From assembly GCA_965242965.1 (NCBI GenBank), contig OZ251518.1, positions 4,512,001-4,576,000 on the forward strand: 64,000 bases of DNA, written 5' to 3'. This DNA is from Candidatus Poribacteria bacterium. GTDB taxonomy: Bacteria > Poribacteria > WGA-4E > WGA-3G. The notes under the pieces were generated by a model that saw only the letters and a list, made by a program, of their open reading frames with translations, had not been told where the DNA came from and did not search any database. A program made the translations under genes and the position numbers. Below, piece after piece: positions 18,851 to 29,800 of the stretch (position 1 is its first letter; each line of letters opens with the position of its first letter).

Positions 18851-19906
18851 CTACCAATCCTCATCGTAAAACGGGGTGCTAGGATAGCTGTAGACGTTCC
18901 CCTCATAATTACGCATTTGGATTTCATCGTCGTCAAAGGTGACAACCGGGTCTGGGATAAGGGCGATTTTTCCACCGCCGCCCGGTGCATCGACGACATA
19001 GTGCGGCACGCCGAGCCCGGAGATATGTCCACGCAGTGCCGCGACAATCTCTAACCCGGTCTTCACCGCTGTGCGGAAATGATCTGTGCCGACAACCAGG
19101 TCTGCCTGATAGATATAGTAAGGCTTCACCCGGATACGCAGCAACTTCTTCATGAGCTCCACCATCACCGCTGGTTCATCGTTGACACCTTTGAGGAGCA
19201 CCGTCTGGTTGCCGAGTGGGATGCCGGCATCTGCCAGCATGCCGCACGCTTTCTCGGTTTCCGGTGTAATCTCGCGCGGATGGTTGAAGTGCGTGTTGAT
19301 GTAAAACGGGTGATTCGCCTTCAAAATCGCGCACAACGCCGGGGTTATCCGCTGAGGCAGCGTCACTGGTACGCGCGAACCGATCCGGATAATCTCCAGA
19401 TGTTTTATGGCGCGAAGCCCGCTGACGATGTAGTCAATCTTCTTATCCGTTAACATGAGCGGATCCCCCCCGGAGATAATGACATCGCGAATCTCCGGAT
19501 GTGCCTGAATATAGGCGAGCCCTGTCTCAATGTTGTTCTCGGAAATCGAGTGCGGGTCACCGACTTTCCGCTTGCGCGTGCAAAATCGGCAGTAGATCGG
19601 GCACATATAGTTGACGTAGAAGAGCGCCCGGTCCGGATAGCGATGCGTGACGTTCGGCACCTCGCTATCGTCTTCTTCGTGCAACGGGTCCTCCACACCG
19701 GTGCTGATGAGTTCACGCCGGTCTGGGACAACCTGCTTCCAGATCGCGTCCCCTGGTTCTTCAATCAGGCTGAGATAGTAGGGGTTAATACGGATGGGGA
19801 ATTCCTTGTGAACGCGCCGCATTTCTTCAACATCGACATCAAAGACAGCGGCGAGTTTTTCGGGAGTGTTCACTGTATCCCGAACGAGTTGTTTCCATTC
19901 TTCCAT
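18851..19906 (-). CDS. KamA-family radical SAM protein (lysine 2,3-aminomutase-like)
   Basis: THRYPDR, CPIYCRFCTR, ISGGDPL, HFNHPRE, DAPGGGGK; start 19906 follows AGGAGG. Confidence 0.92.
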   Translation of the reverse strand: MEEWKQLVRDTVNTPEKLAAVFDVDVEEMRRVHKEFPIRINPYYLSLIEEPGDAIWKQVVPDRRELISTGVEDPLHEEDDSEVPNVTHRYPDRALFYVNYMCPIYCRFCTRKRKVGDPHSISENNIETGLAYIQAHPEIRDVIISGGDPLMLTDKKIDYIVSGLRAIKHLEIIRIGSRVPVTLPQRITPALCAILKANHPFYINTHFNHPREITPETEKACGMLADAGIPLGNQTVLLKGVNDEPAVMVELMKKLLRIRVKPYYIYQADLVVGTDHFRTAVKTGLEIVAALRGHISGLGVPHYVVDAPGGGGKIALIPDPVVTFDDDEIQMRNYEGNVYSYPSTPFYDEDW

Positions 19907-19923
19907 TGCGTTGTTTCCTCCTG

Positions 19924-19956
19924 TTGGGGTGCGCGGCGGCAAACCGCGCACCCCAA
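19924..19956. terminator. Perfect 13-bp inverted repeat between the cyclophilin and kamA genes
   Basis: TTGGGGTGCGCGG-CGGCAAA-CCGCGCACCCCAA; no U-tract, so it may be a stabilising or REP-like hairpin rather than a terminator. Confidence 0.4.
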
Positions 19957-19972
19957 ATTAGGTTGAGTGGTG

Positions 19973-20506
19973 TTACGGGGAAGCCGAGTAATTTTCCAAC
20001 GTTACTTTGCGCATGACATCGCCTTGGCGTAGCGCATCCACGACATCCATCCCCTTGATGACTCTTCCAAACGTGGTGTAGTCCCCATTGAGATGGACAT
20101 ACCGCGTCGCATCGGTTCCCAGACAGATGTAAAATTGACTGCCTGCGGAATTAGGGTTACGCGTGCGTGCCATCGCGAGCACGCCTTTTTCGTGCGGCGG
20201 CATCTTCTCGCGGAGGCCCGGGTCTTGAAATTCACCTGGAATTGTCCAACCGGGTCCGCCGCGGCCAGTGCCTTCCGGATCACCGCCTTGGATGACGAAG
20301 CCGGGGACGTATCGATGAAACTTCAAGCCGTTGTAGAATTCCGCCTCAATCAGTTTGGCGAAATTCGCGACCGTGGCAGGGGCGGCTTCCGGATAAAGTT
20401 CAATAACAATGTTGCCTTTATCGGTTTCAAGCGTTACAGTAGGTAGCCGTTCGCCGTGGCACGAAAAAAGCGTCAGCGCGAAGGCACCTAAGATTCCAAT
20501 TCGCAT
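19973..20506 (-). CDS. Cyclophilin-type peptidyl-prolyl cis-trans isomerase, probable lipoprotein
   Basis: FHRYVPGFVIQGGDP, LAMAR, SAGSQFYI, YTTFGRV; LTLFSC lipobox; upstream ORF extension runs into REP DNA. Confidence 0.92.
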   Translation of the reverse strand: MRIGILGAFALTLFSCHGERLPTVTLETDKGNIVIELYPEAAPATVANFAKLIEAEFYNGLKFHRYVPGFVIQGGDPEGTGRGGPGWTIPGEFQDPGLREKMPPHEKGVLAMARTRNPNSAGSQFYICLGTDATRYVHLNGDYTTFGRVIKGMDVVDALRQGDVMRKVTLENYSASP

Positions 20507-20687
20507 TGTCTTTACGTTTGCTCCATTTTTAGAACTGCGCAGGTTTCCCCAGAGCGCGCCTACCGGCGGCGTAAATAAGGGATTTGCGGCTGTCTTGTTT
20601 AAACTGATATGCATTATACATTTATTTCGGCAGAAAGTCAAGAAAATTTTTGGAATCCCTGAGATGGGCTTGTCAGGACAGGTAACT

Positions 20688-21176
20688 GAGGGTGTTTCAT
20701 ATTTCGATGTGTTCGGTAGGAAAGACCTCGGGGCTCGATTTCCGGTAGGAGAGACCTCCCGGTCTCGATGTTCCCGTAGCGCGGGGGCCCTCGGATGCCA
20801 TCCGCGCATCCGAGCGGGTTTCCCCCGCGAGCGTTGGATTGCGCGGAGGCTGGCGAGGGACAGGCCCTCGCCCTACGGTGAACGGGGACGATTTCTTACT
20901 TGTTACCGTAGCGCGGGGGCCTGTCCCCCGAGATCTCTCAACCTCTGCGGAAAACGCCAGCAGCCCAGAGCCCACGGATGTTTGCTGCTCAGACCGGTGC
21001 ACGGCGAGGGACAGGCCCTCGCCCTACGGTGAAAGCGGCACTCAAGCATAGCGAGGGAAACCCTCTCGCATGCGCGTGTGGCATGCGAGGGCCCTCGCCC
21101 TACGTGAAGGAGCGGCGTTTTTTTACCGTAGCAGGGACATGTCACCGCTACGTTGGGCGATTTATGAAACACCCTC
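20688..21176. mobile_element. Non-autonomous TIR-bounded element (MITE-like) filled with REP hairpins
   Basis: GAGGGTGTTTCATA ... TATGAAACACCCTC; flanks AGGTAACT / AGATAACT (7 of 8 direct repeat). Confidence 0.7.
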
Positions 21177-21359
21177 AGATAACTCTGTCTGGCTACCGTT
21201 CCGAGAGGACGAGTGTGGCTATGGACAAGAGGAAATCGAGACCAGGAGGTCTCGCCTACGGGTTCAGAGAGAACACAGACGGCTATGGACATTCGTCCTT
21301 ACAAACGGCGGAACAAGGAATCGAAAACTAATCAAATCTGGGTGCACGGCAAATTTGCC

Positions 21360-21388
21360 TTGACATCTTTCTTTAGATGTGGTATTCT
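21360..21388 (+). promoter_or_regulatory. Sigma70-type promoter of disA
   Basis: TTGACA-17-TATTCT with extended TG. Confidence 0.6.
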
Positions 21389-21400
21389 ATATAAACGGAG

Positions 21401-22510
21401 GTGAGCGCGGTGCAGAATATCCCGACAGAAAATCAGCGGGAACGCGAGTTGGTGGCGGCGTTAAAGCTGCTCTCGCCGGGGACTTCGCTGAGGGAAGGTA
21501 TTGATTATATTATCCAAGGCAAAACGGGCGGCTTGATTGTCGTTGGCGATACGCCGGCGATTCTGAATCTGGTAGAAGGCGGCTTCCGCATCAACTCGCG
21601 GTATACACCGATGCGGTTGTATGAATTGGCGAAAATGGACGGTGCCATCATTCTGTCTGAAGATATGAAGCGGATTGTCCGCGCCAATGTGACGCTGCGG
21701 CTCAACCCCTCTATTGACTCTGGCGAAACGGGGCTCCGGCATCGCGCTGGGGATAAGTTCGCGAAGCAGACGGGACATATCGTCCTCGCCGTGTCACAAA
21801 GTCGGAATACGTTGTCCCTCTATCTCCGGAATCAGCGTTACATTTTCCGGGAGCGGCCGAGTCTGATTTCGGGCGCGAACCAGGCGATGCTTGCGCTGAC
21901 GCAGTATGTCAAGGCGATGCAAAACGCCATGGCAATACTGAATTGGGTGGAATTAAGAGGTGATACCACGCTGGCGGATGTCGTCACAGCCATCCAATTG
22001 TGTGAACGCGTGCGCCGCACCGAATACGAGTTGAACCGATACCGCATTGAATTAGGCACGCATGCGCAGTCACTGCAACTCATTCCATCGGAATTGACTG
22101 CCGAGATTGAGCGCGGGCTCCTGGTGATTAAGGACTACTATCACGAAAGTCTGCCGGATGCGTATCAGGCTTATGAAAAGATTCTGCGGCTTGATGCGAA
22201 CAGCCTCGCGAGCCGGGGCACTATCAGCACAGCCTTGGGATACCCGCCTGATGCCGGTAACGCCGCAGAAGTGCTGGAGCCGCGCGGGTATCGGGTAATG
22301 AGTCTGATTCCGCGCACCCCGCTCAGCGTTATTGAAAACATCGTTCAGCGGTTCAAAAGGTTGGAGGCTATCGCCAATGCCACCGTCGCTGAGTTGGAGA
22401 CGGTTGAAGGTGTCTGCAAGGCGAGAGCCACGGCGATTAAGGAGGCACTTGTCGATATGAAAACGGCGGCTGTCCAACCTGAAATCGTGGCGTTATCTGT
22501 GTTTGAATAG
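21401..22510 (+). CDS. disA: DNA integrity scanning diadenylate cyclase DisA
   Basis: PGTSLREG, LYELAKMDGAIIL (DGA), ETGLRHR (RHR), linker with PRGYR, C-terminal HhH (ELETVEGV); start may be GTG 21410. Confidence 0.93.
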   Translation: MSAVQNIPTENQRERELVAALKLLSPGTSLREGIDYIIQGKTGGLIVVGDTPAILNLVEGGFRINSRYTPMRLYELAKMDGAIILSEDMKRIVRANVTLRLNPSIDSGETGLRHRAGDKFAKQTGHIVLAVSQSRNTLSLYLRNQRYIFRERPSLISGANQAMLALTQYVKAMQNAMAILNWVELRGDTTLADVVTAIQLCERVRRTEYELNRYRIELGTHAQSLQLIPSELTAEIERGLLVIKDYYHESLPDAYQAYEKILRLDANSLASRGTISTALGYPPDAGNAAEVLEPRGYRVMSLIPRTPLSVIENIVQRFKRLEAIANATVAELETVEGVCKARATAIKEALVDMKTAAVQPEIVALSVFE

Positions 22511-22570
22511 CAACGGCGTGGTTGCGCTAAAATAGAAACCAAAACTTAACCGAAAAAAAGGAGCCACAAA

Positions 22571-23917
22571 ATGAGACAATTCATCGCTTTCGCGCGCGAA
22601 GTGTTGTTCAAAGTGAACGTGCGCGCGCTCAACCGTATGAAAACACCGTTAGCGGCGTTCCTTGCCATCTCGCTATGTGTTGCAGGATGCGGCGGGCAAC
22701 TCGGAACCCTCAAACCGCCGGAAGTTGAAAGCGCGCTTGCACAGGCGGAATCGGCGATTGAAAAAGCACGTGATGCAGACGCGCGCACGCTCGCACCCGG
22801 TGCATTTGAATCGGCGGAGACACACCTCGCCGACGCGAAGATTGCCCTCAAGGAAAAGCGTGGTGCCGATGCACTGCGCCTCGCGTATCAAGCCGCTTCT
22901 GATGCCAAAGTCGCGCGCAAAGTGGCAGTTGACACTGATAAGAACGCGGCACTGAACGCACGCATCCTTGAGAAGGAAGCGAACGCGAAAAGACTCCGTG
23001 AAACCCTCAACACGAAAGAGCAGGAGTTGGCGAAGGCAGAGGCGCGGATAGAACGGCTCAGCATTGAGGAGAGACAGCTGAAACGTCAAATCAGCAGGGT
23101 GGAGAAAGAGAAACGTGAACTGAGGACTAAACGGGAGAGTTACGGAAAACAGGTTGCAACTCTCCGAGAAACCTTGGAATCGATTCACGAGCGTTCAAAG
23201 CGCGCGGAAACCGAACTCCGGAACTACGGCAAAGAAATTGCCGAGTTGCGTCGCAAACTGGAAGTTGCCGACAGGATGATTCGGGAGGAAGGCCATCAGA
23301 AACGTGCAGCTATTGCGGAAGCCGAATCTCTTCGGAAGCAACTGCGCGAGCAGGCGAAAATCTATACCGATAAACTGGCGGCGGCGAATCAGCGCAGCAC
23401 GGCGGCAAAGCATGAGGATTACCTCAAGCAGAAGGTGGCGGAGGCGCGTGCGTTCGTCCAGAGTCAGCAGCATCAGCCTGTTAAAACCGGGCGCACCTCG
23501 CTTTCTTCGGAGCAGATTGCCGCGGGTAAGGCGGCACTTAACAGGTGGAACAACGCGTGGGATAGCAAAAACCTCACCGCGCATCTCTCCTTTTACGCGC
23601 CGAACGTCATCGCCGATAAAGTTGTTATTCGTGAGAGCAAGGAGCATCGCACGAAAATCGAACGTGGGCAGCTTGAAGCCGCCCTTCGCGCAATGAGCGA
23701 ACACCCTTGGCGCAAAATTAAGGGAAGCACCGAAGTTGAAGGCGAAAGCGTCATCGGCATTTACCAATTGAGCCGACTCGTCGTCCCCGCGGAAGACGAA
23801 GATGCCACGGCACTCTACAATATCTGGAAGCGCGAAGTCTGGATGCACCAAGTCGGTGAGGCGTGGAAAGTCCATCACGAACTCTGGCAGATTTACGAGA
23901 ACGTGCCAAATTTCTAA
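22571..23917 (+). CDS. Lipoprotein with DUF4398-like helical N-terminus, coiled coil and C-terminal NTF2-like domain
   Basis: VAGC lipobox, AQAESAIEKARDADA, long heptad region, WNNAWDSKNL...WKVHHELW; true start may be the later MKTPL. Confidence 0.6.
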   Translation: MRQFIAFAREVLFKVNVRALNRMKTPLAAFLAISLCVAGCGGQLGTLKPPEVESALAQAESAIEKARDADARTLAPGAFESAETHLADAKIALKEKRGADALRLAYQAASDAKVARKVAVDTDKNAALNARILEKEANAKRLRETLNTKEQELAKAEARIERLSIEERQLKRQISRVEKEKRELRTKRESYGKQVATLRETLESIHERSKRAETELRNYGKEIAELRRKLEVADRMIREEGHQKRAAIAEAESLRKQLREQAKIYTDKLAAANQRSTAAKHEDYLKQKVAEARAFVQSQQHQPVKTGRTSLSSEQIAAGKAALNRWNNAWDSKNLTAHLSFYAPNVIADKVVIRESKEHRTKIERGQLEAALRAMSEHPWRKIKGSTEVEGESVIGIYQLSRLVVPAEDEDATALYNIWKREVWMHQVGEAWKVHHELWQIYENVPNF

Positions 23918-24058
23918 AAATTCAAGGCAGACACACGCTGGTGGACGCGGTTTTTAACCGCGCCTACCCGCACAGTAAGTCTTGGATTGTAAGGGTGGAT
24001 TGTTATATCCACCCGACAATGGCCTGTTTATAGGGGCCTGTTTATAGGAGATGAGTTT

Positions 24059-25489
24059 ATGAACGGTTCCCAAAACCCGAACCCAAATCCGAGCCCAAAG
24101 CAACCCGCTATCCCGCGTAACCTGATATGGGGTGGGGCAATCGCGGGTATCGTCATCGTCCTCATTGCATTCGTTGTGATGTTCATGAGTTCCAGTGAAA
24201 CGCCGGAGGCTTTTTTGGCGCGCTGGAAAAGCACGCTTGAGTCCGGTAACCTGAAGAAGTATGAGGGGCTGTGGCTGCCGAACGCGCGGCGGAAGTATGC
24301 GCAAGACTATAAACGGACAGCAGAACTGCTCACGGCGGACAGTCAAGCGCGCTTTGAGGTGAATCTCAGCCGTGCCCCTTCGCCGCGCCGCGTGCCGCGC
24401 TACCCGAACCGCTCGCAGATTGAGGGCATCCCGTTAGTGGTGCATTTCCCCGGCGAACCCCAACAGCAAGTGCGGAACCTGACTATTGAACGGAAAGGCA
24501 TCATCCAGAAACGGTGGAAGATTGTCAAGGATGAGATAGTCGGACAAGAGTTTGCCACCGTGGATACCACGCCGCAAATTGAGGATACTTCGGAGCCTAC
24601 GGCAACGCCGCCGAACAGCCCGGTTGTGCCGTTAGTCCAAGCGTGGAAAAACGCGCTGGCATCGCAAGATGTCAAGAAGTATACCAAACTCTGGGATAAA
24701 TCGGCGCAGAAAAAGCAGAAGGCGAACTTCCAAAATGCCAAAAGAGCGATGTCTCAAGCACCGAGTGTTGACTTGTCGCAGGCTACCTACGTCGCCGTGC
24801 CGGGACAGAAGGACAGACACATCGTCTCGGATATTGGTGTGACGTTGTATGATGGCGGCACGCCGATTGAAACACACTCCCGCACCCTCACAATCGAGAA
24901 AAAGGGGTTTATCTGGAAAAAGTGGAAATTGATAAACGATGAAATCGGCGGCGAGTCGACGAATCCTGAACCTGTCGTGCAATACGAAGAACCGACGACA
25001 GACACCGTCTCCGGTGAAGAATCCGGCGGGACGTTTGCCGGGAACGCACCGTTGGATACGCAACTGAAAGTGCGTCAGGTGCTTGGAAAATGGCAGTCCG
25101 CGTGGGAGGGGAAGAACCTCGATACCTACATGTCTACTTACGCTGCGCGGGCGCAAATCACGCGCGTCACTGTAAGCGGCGGTGGGAAGGGCAAAACTAC
25201 CTATCTTACCAAAGCGCAACTCCGTGCGAAAATGCAACGCCTCAACCAAATGTATGCCGAAATCCAAGTGACGATTTCTAACTTGCAGATTAACGGCGAC
25301 AGAGCGGTGGCAGATGTCACCTTCTTGCAAAAATTCAAGGGAACGCCTGCATCAGGCACACGTCCCGCTTATTCCGATTACGGCACCAAAAAACTGAATT
25401 TAATGGTAGATCCAGCCGATGGGCATTGGAAAATCTACGCCGAATCGTGGAATTACTACGAGGACGTTCCGGAATTCCCGAAGATGTAA
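24059..25489 (+). CDS. Membrane-anchored protein with three NTF2/SnoaL-like repeats
   Basis: Single N-terminal TM; repeats WKSTLES...WKIVKDE, WKNALAS...WKLINDE, WQSAWEG...WKIYAE. Confidence 0.6.
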   Translation: MNGSQNPNPNPSPKQPAIPRNLIWGGAIAGIVIVLIAFVVMFMSSSETPEAFLARWKSTLESGNLKKYEGLWLPNARRKYAQDYKRTAELLTADSQARFEVNLSRAPSPRRVPRYPNRSQIEGIPLVVHFPGEPQQQVRNLTIERKGIIQKRWKIVKDEIVGQEFATVDTTPQIEDTSEPTATPPNSPVVPLVQAWKNALASQDVKKYTKLWDKSAQKKQKANFQNAKRAMSQAPSVDLSQATYVAVPGQKDRHIVSDIGVTLYDGGTPIETHSRTLTIEKKGFIWKKWKLINDEIGGESTNPEPVVQYEEPTTDTVSGEESGGTFAGNAPLDTQLKVRQVLGKWQSAWEGKNLDTYMSTYAARAQITRVTVSGGGKGKTTYLTKAQLRAKMQRLNQMYAEIQVTISNLQINGDRAVADVTFLQKFKGTPASGTRPAYSDYGTKKLNLMVDPADGHWKIYAESWNYYEDVPEFPKM

Positions 25490-25547
25490 CGTTGTTCTAT
25501 CATTCATAATCGTAGGGGTGGGGGATATTCCTCGCTAGGCATGCACC

Positions 25548-25964
25548 ATGCACACCGAATACCGAACGAAACGGAAAATAGAGTTCGTTGATACCGACAT
25601 GGCAGGCATCGTCCATTTCACGCGATTTTTTGTGTTCATGGAAACAGCGGAACATGAATTCTTGCGAAGCCTCGGTACCAGTGTCGCAACCGAATGGAAT
25701 GGTGACAAAATCGGATGGCCGCGGCTCGCCGCTTCGTGTGAGTATCTCCATCCGCTGCGGTTTGAAGATGAAGTGGATATCCATTTGTCGGTTTCCAAAA
25801 AAAGCGAGAAATCGCTCACGTATCAATTCCGTTTTATGCATCAGGGAGCCGATGTAGCGCGCGGGACGGTGACGACAGTTTGCTGCGTCTGTAATCCGGG
25901 TGAAAAGTTGCGCGCTATTCCTATGCCTGATTTTATTGCGAATCAGATTCATCCGGTGTCTTAG
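25548..25964 (+). CDS. Acyl-CoA thioesterase (4HBT/YbgC hotdog family)
   Basis: FVDTDMAGIVHF, YLHPLRFED. Confidence 0.9.
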   Translation: MHTEYRTKRKIEFVDTDMAGIVHFTRFFVFMETAEHEFLRSLGTSVATEWNGDKIGWPRLAASCEYLHPLRFEDEVDIHLSVSKKSEKSLTYQFRFMHQGADVARGTVTTVCCVCNPGEKLRAIPMPDFIANQIHPVS

Positions 25965-25974
25965 GTTGTTCAAT

Positions 25975-26141
25975 GTTCCCGTAGCGCGGGGGCCCTACGA
26001 TGAAGGGGGGGCTTTCTGCCGCCGCGGCCTCGGAAGGCGCGCCGCCCTATTGCATCGAGACCAGGAGGTCTCGCCTACCGGGAAGAAATCGAGACAGAGA
26101 GGGCTCTCCTATCGGGAAGGCATTGATATATGAAACACCCT
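25975..26141. repeat. REP mosaic ending in a TIR copy that overlaps the start of the ABC ATPase gene
   Basis: GTAGCGCGGGGGCC and GAGACCAGGAGGTCTC hairpins; ATATGAAACACCCTC at 26128-26142. Confidence 0.75.
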
Positions 26142-26789
26142 CACTTAAAAGTTTCTAACGTGCATAAGAGTTTCTGCGATGTCCAAGTTCTGCGCGGCAT
26201 TTCGTTTTCAGTTAGCGCGGGCGAGTCTGTGGCCATTACCGGTCCTTCTGGTTCCGGCAAAAGCACGTTGCTCCATCTCATCGGCACGCTAGCGGCACCC
26301 TCCAGCGGCCGCGTTGCAATTAACAACGTCAATCCGTTTGATTTATCAGAGCGCGAGTTGGCTCGGTATCGGAACGCGGTGATCGGTTTCGTGTTCCAGG
26401 AACATCATCTGCTGCCGCAATATTCCGTGCTTGAAAATGTGCTGGTGCCGACGCTTGCGTTTAAAGAGAAATCCGATGCCACACCGCGGGCCCAGGAGCT
26501 GCTCCAGCGCGTTGGACTAACGCATCGGCTGACGCATCGGCCGGGGGAACTTTCTGGTGGGGAACGTCAACGCGTCGCCATCGCGCGCGCGCTCATCAAC
26601 CGGCCGGGCCTTCTCCTCTGTGATGAGCCCACCGGCAATTTGGATAACGCTACTGCCGAGACTATCATCAATCTGCTGTTTGAGATGCATCGCGTGGAAC
26701 AGAATATCTTAATCGTCGTCACGCACAACCTTGAGTTTGCATCTCGCTTTCAACATCACCTGAAACTCGCCGAAGGTGCCCTCGCCTGA
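26130..26789 (+). CDS. ABC transporter ATP-binding protein (LolD/MacB-like)
   Basis: GPSGSGKST, FVFQ, LSGGERQR, LLCDEPTGNLD, VTH. Confidence 0.95.
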   Translation: MKHPHLKVSNVHKSFCDVQVLRGISFSVSAGESVAITGPSGSGKSTLLHLIGTLAAPSSGRVAINNVNPFDLSERELARYRNAVIGFVFQEHHLLPQYSVLENVLVPTLAFKEKSDATPRAQELLQRVGLTHRLTHRPGELSGGERQRVAIARALINRPGLLLCDEPTGNLDNATAETIINLLFEMHRVEQNILIVVTHNLEFASRFQHHLKLAEGALA

Positions 26790-26820
26790 ACCTGAAATTG
26801 ACTTGGCGCGAAACGAAAGA

Positions 26821-29800
26821 ATGCTGAAGAACTTAAAACATTTTTGGCAAATACATCTCACGGTTGCACTCTGCACCGCGGTAGCGACAGGCGTGCTGAC
26901 AGGCGCGTTGCTCGTCGGCGACTCCGTGCGCGGCAGTCTCAAAGCCTTGACATTGGAACGTCTCGGCCCGATTGAGCACGCGCTTATCGCCGACAGGTTT
27001 TTCTCACCTGCGTTGCTGCGGCGACAAAATATGGTGCCGGCGATTCTGTTGAACGGAGTGGTTGTCGCACCGGAAAAGCAGACGCGCGTCTCAAAGGTAA
27101 ACGTTCTTGGCGTTAACGATGCTTTCTTCCAGTTTTGGGAAGGCGAGACAGTTCCTAGTGCTACGGGGGCCGAGGGGACGAGGCAGATTGTCATTAACGA
27201 GGCATTGCATCGCGAATTGAATGTGCAAGTCGGCGACGCGCTCCTCGTCAATTTCCCGCAGGCGGTGGACATCCATCCGGAGTTTCTCTTCGGGCAACGC
27301 GATGCATCCGAGACTATCCAGAGCCTCCGGCTCACCGTCAGTGAGATTATCCCAACGCAAAATGCAGGCAGATTCAGCCTTTGGCCGCACCAAAGCCTCC
27401 CTTTGAACGCGTTCATTTCTCTCCCGTTCCTACAAAAGGCACTCGGGCAGGAGGGAAAAGTGAACGCCTTATTTACGGCTGAACCGATGCCGATTTCACC
27501 AAGCGAACTCGCATTTACCTTAGATGCACTCGGTTTGAAAATCCGCGAACATGAAACCCACTTTGAACTCCAAAGTGAGCAATACCTGCTCAAACCGTCG
27601 TTATCGGACATCGCACTGTCAGTTGCAACAGAACTGTCTGTTGCAACTGAAAACGGCATCCCTGTGCTACCAACGCTGTCCTACCTCGCGAATACTATCA
27701 CCGCGAACGGCAAAACTATTCCCTATTCTACCATCGTCGCGCTGCCTATTGACGAGGAGGCGTTTGGGGTTACGCTTGCCGAAGACGAAATTATCCTGAA
27801 TACGTGGGCGGCAGATGAACTCGAGGTTGAAATCGGGCACGGGGTTGACATTACCTATTACCGCATCAGCGCGGACGAAGAATACATTACTGAAACGGCG
27901 CATTTCCGTCTGAAGGCAATTACGCCGATTCAGGGGCTCGCCGCAGACCAGGGTATCATTCCCGATTTTCCCGGCATTCACGATACGGCGGATATCTCCG
28001 AATGGGAGTCCCCTTTTCCAATCGATTACTCGCGCATTCGGGCACAGGACGAGGCGTATTGGGACGAATACCGCGCGACACCGAAGGCATTTATCACGCT
28101 TGCCACCGGCAAACGGTTGTGGAAAAACCGATTCGGGGACATCACCTCGCTTCGGATGAAAACTGCGCCCGCGACGCGCACACAATTTGAAACCGCGCTA
28201 CTGGAAAAAATTCAACCGGAACAGGTTGGGTTTCAATTCTTGTCGCTCCGCGCCGATGGACTTCAAGCGGCATCAGGCACGACAGATTTTGGGATGCTGT
28301 TCAGTGGTTTGAGTATCTTGATTATTTTTTCGGTTGCCTACTTGATCGATATGCTCTTTCGCATCGGCGTGGAACAACGCTCGCGTGAAGCCGGGCTCCT
28401 CCGTGCAGTCGGGTATCCACTTGCCAAAATTCGCCTTCGGTTCCTCGCCGAGGCGGGTATCCTTGCCGGTGTCGGCACGCTTATCGGCTGCGTTTTTGCC
28501 ATCGGCTACGCGCAATTGATGCTGTTTGGCCTGAAGAATTGGTGGTTACCCGCCATCGGCACGCCTTTTGTGGAACTCCATGTCCGCGCAGCGAGTCTGC
28601 TCATCGGTATGCTTATCACGTTAGGCGTTGTGCTGTTCTCTATTCAATTCACGATTTTTAGACTGGGGAAGTCTCCCCCCGCTTTGCTGCTTGCAGGCGC
28701 ATCAGATTTTGCGGAGGCAGGCCCGCAACCGAAAACCGCGGCAATGATAGCCAAAGGTAAAAAAGTCACGCGAATCTTCTTCATTTCTACTTTCTGCCTA
28801 ATCATTTTGGCAGTTATCATGGGTGACTATTTTAAGGATTGGGAAATTACCAAACTTTGGGAGGATTGGATAGATAATCCCATTTCCAAATTGCTGGCAT
28901 CCGCTATCGGGACCATCGGTGTAGGGTGGCTCGCGTTTGAGACATGGCTCATCTCGCAAAAGGTGCCGAAACACTTCACGCGCCGCCGATTTGCGTTTAA
29001 AAACGCTGCACGGCACCCCGCCCAAAGCAACGGTTGCGTGATGATGATGAGTTTCGCGTGTTGCATCATCGTCGCGGTGGGGGTGAATCGGCAGGAGGCA
29101 CCGCCACAGACACCCTACGCCTTCGTTGCTGAGGCAGTCCTCCCGCTGCATCACAATCTCAATACCGAAGACGGACGCTTTGAACTCGGTTTTTCTGATA
29201 AAGACTCTCAACTTCTCAGCCAGTCGGAGGTGGTGCCTTTCCGCATGCTGCCCGGCGAAGATGTCAGTTGTCTCAACCTCTACCAACCGCAGAAACCGCA
29301 GATTTTGGGCATTTCGGATGCCTTATTGGACGAAGAGCCGTGGCAAAAGATTCTCCGGCCCGGAGATGCAGTTATTGCCCTCGCCGATGAAAACTCGGTG
29401 CGCTGGGTTTTGCATCTCGAACCGGAAGATAATCTGGTAGTCAAAGACGAATTCGGCAATCCGCTCAGCCTACATCTCCACACGATGCAGAACAGTTTGT
29501 TCCAAAGCCAACTGATTATCTCAGAATCGAATTTCATGAAGTTTTTCCCGAGCCAGAGTGGGTACCGCTATTTTTTAATCAAAACGCCGCCCGAATTGCG
29601 AGAAGCGACAGCACAAGTGCTTGAGAAAACGTTAGGTGACTACGGCTTTGACGTGACATCGGCATCCGCGCGCTTGGCAAGTTATCGGAACGTTGCAAAC
29701 ACCTATATCTCCACGTTTCAGAGTTTAGGCGGGCTCGGTGTTATCCTCGGCACCTTCGGGTTGGCTCTGGTACTGTTCAGAAACGCGCTTGAACGCCGTG

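Noticed and set aside
18851-19906. Specific call as epmB or kamA
   Set aside because: No efp, epmA or lysine-fermentation neighbours; only the family-level call is supported.
20507-20809. N-terminal extension of the cyclophilin ORF (likewise 37803-38078, 40559-40657, 19907-19951, 47162-47200)
   Set aside because: Extensions run through promoter, REP or neighbouring-gene DNA; downstream ATGs fit the domain start and mostly have an RBS.
16011-27651. In-frame micro-duplications (SVLD x2 at 16011-16034; LSVATE x2 at 27616-27651)
   Set aside because: Real, but most simply replication slippage in tolerant loops with no sign of function.
26709-27659. Long antisense ORFs (also 926-1630, 3485-4279, 9644-10366, 53658-54404)
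   Set aside because: Shadows of well-supported genes on the opposite strand in GC-rich DNA; no recognisable motifs.
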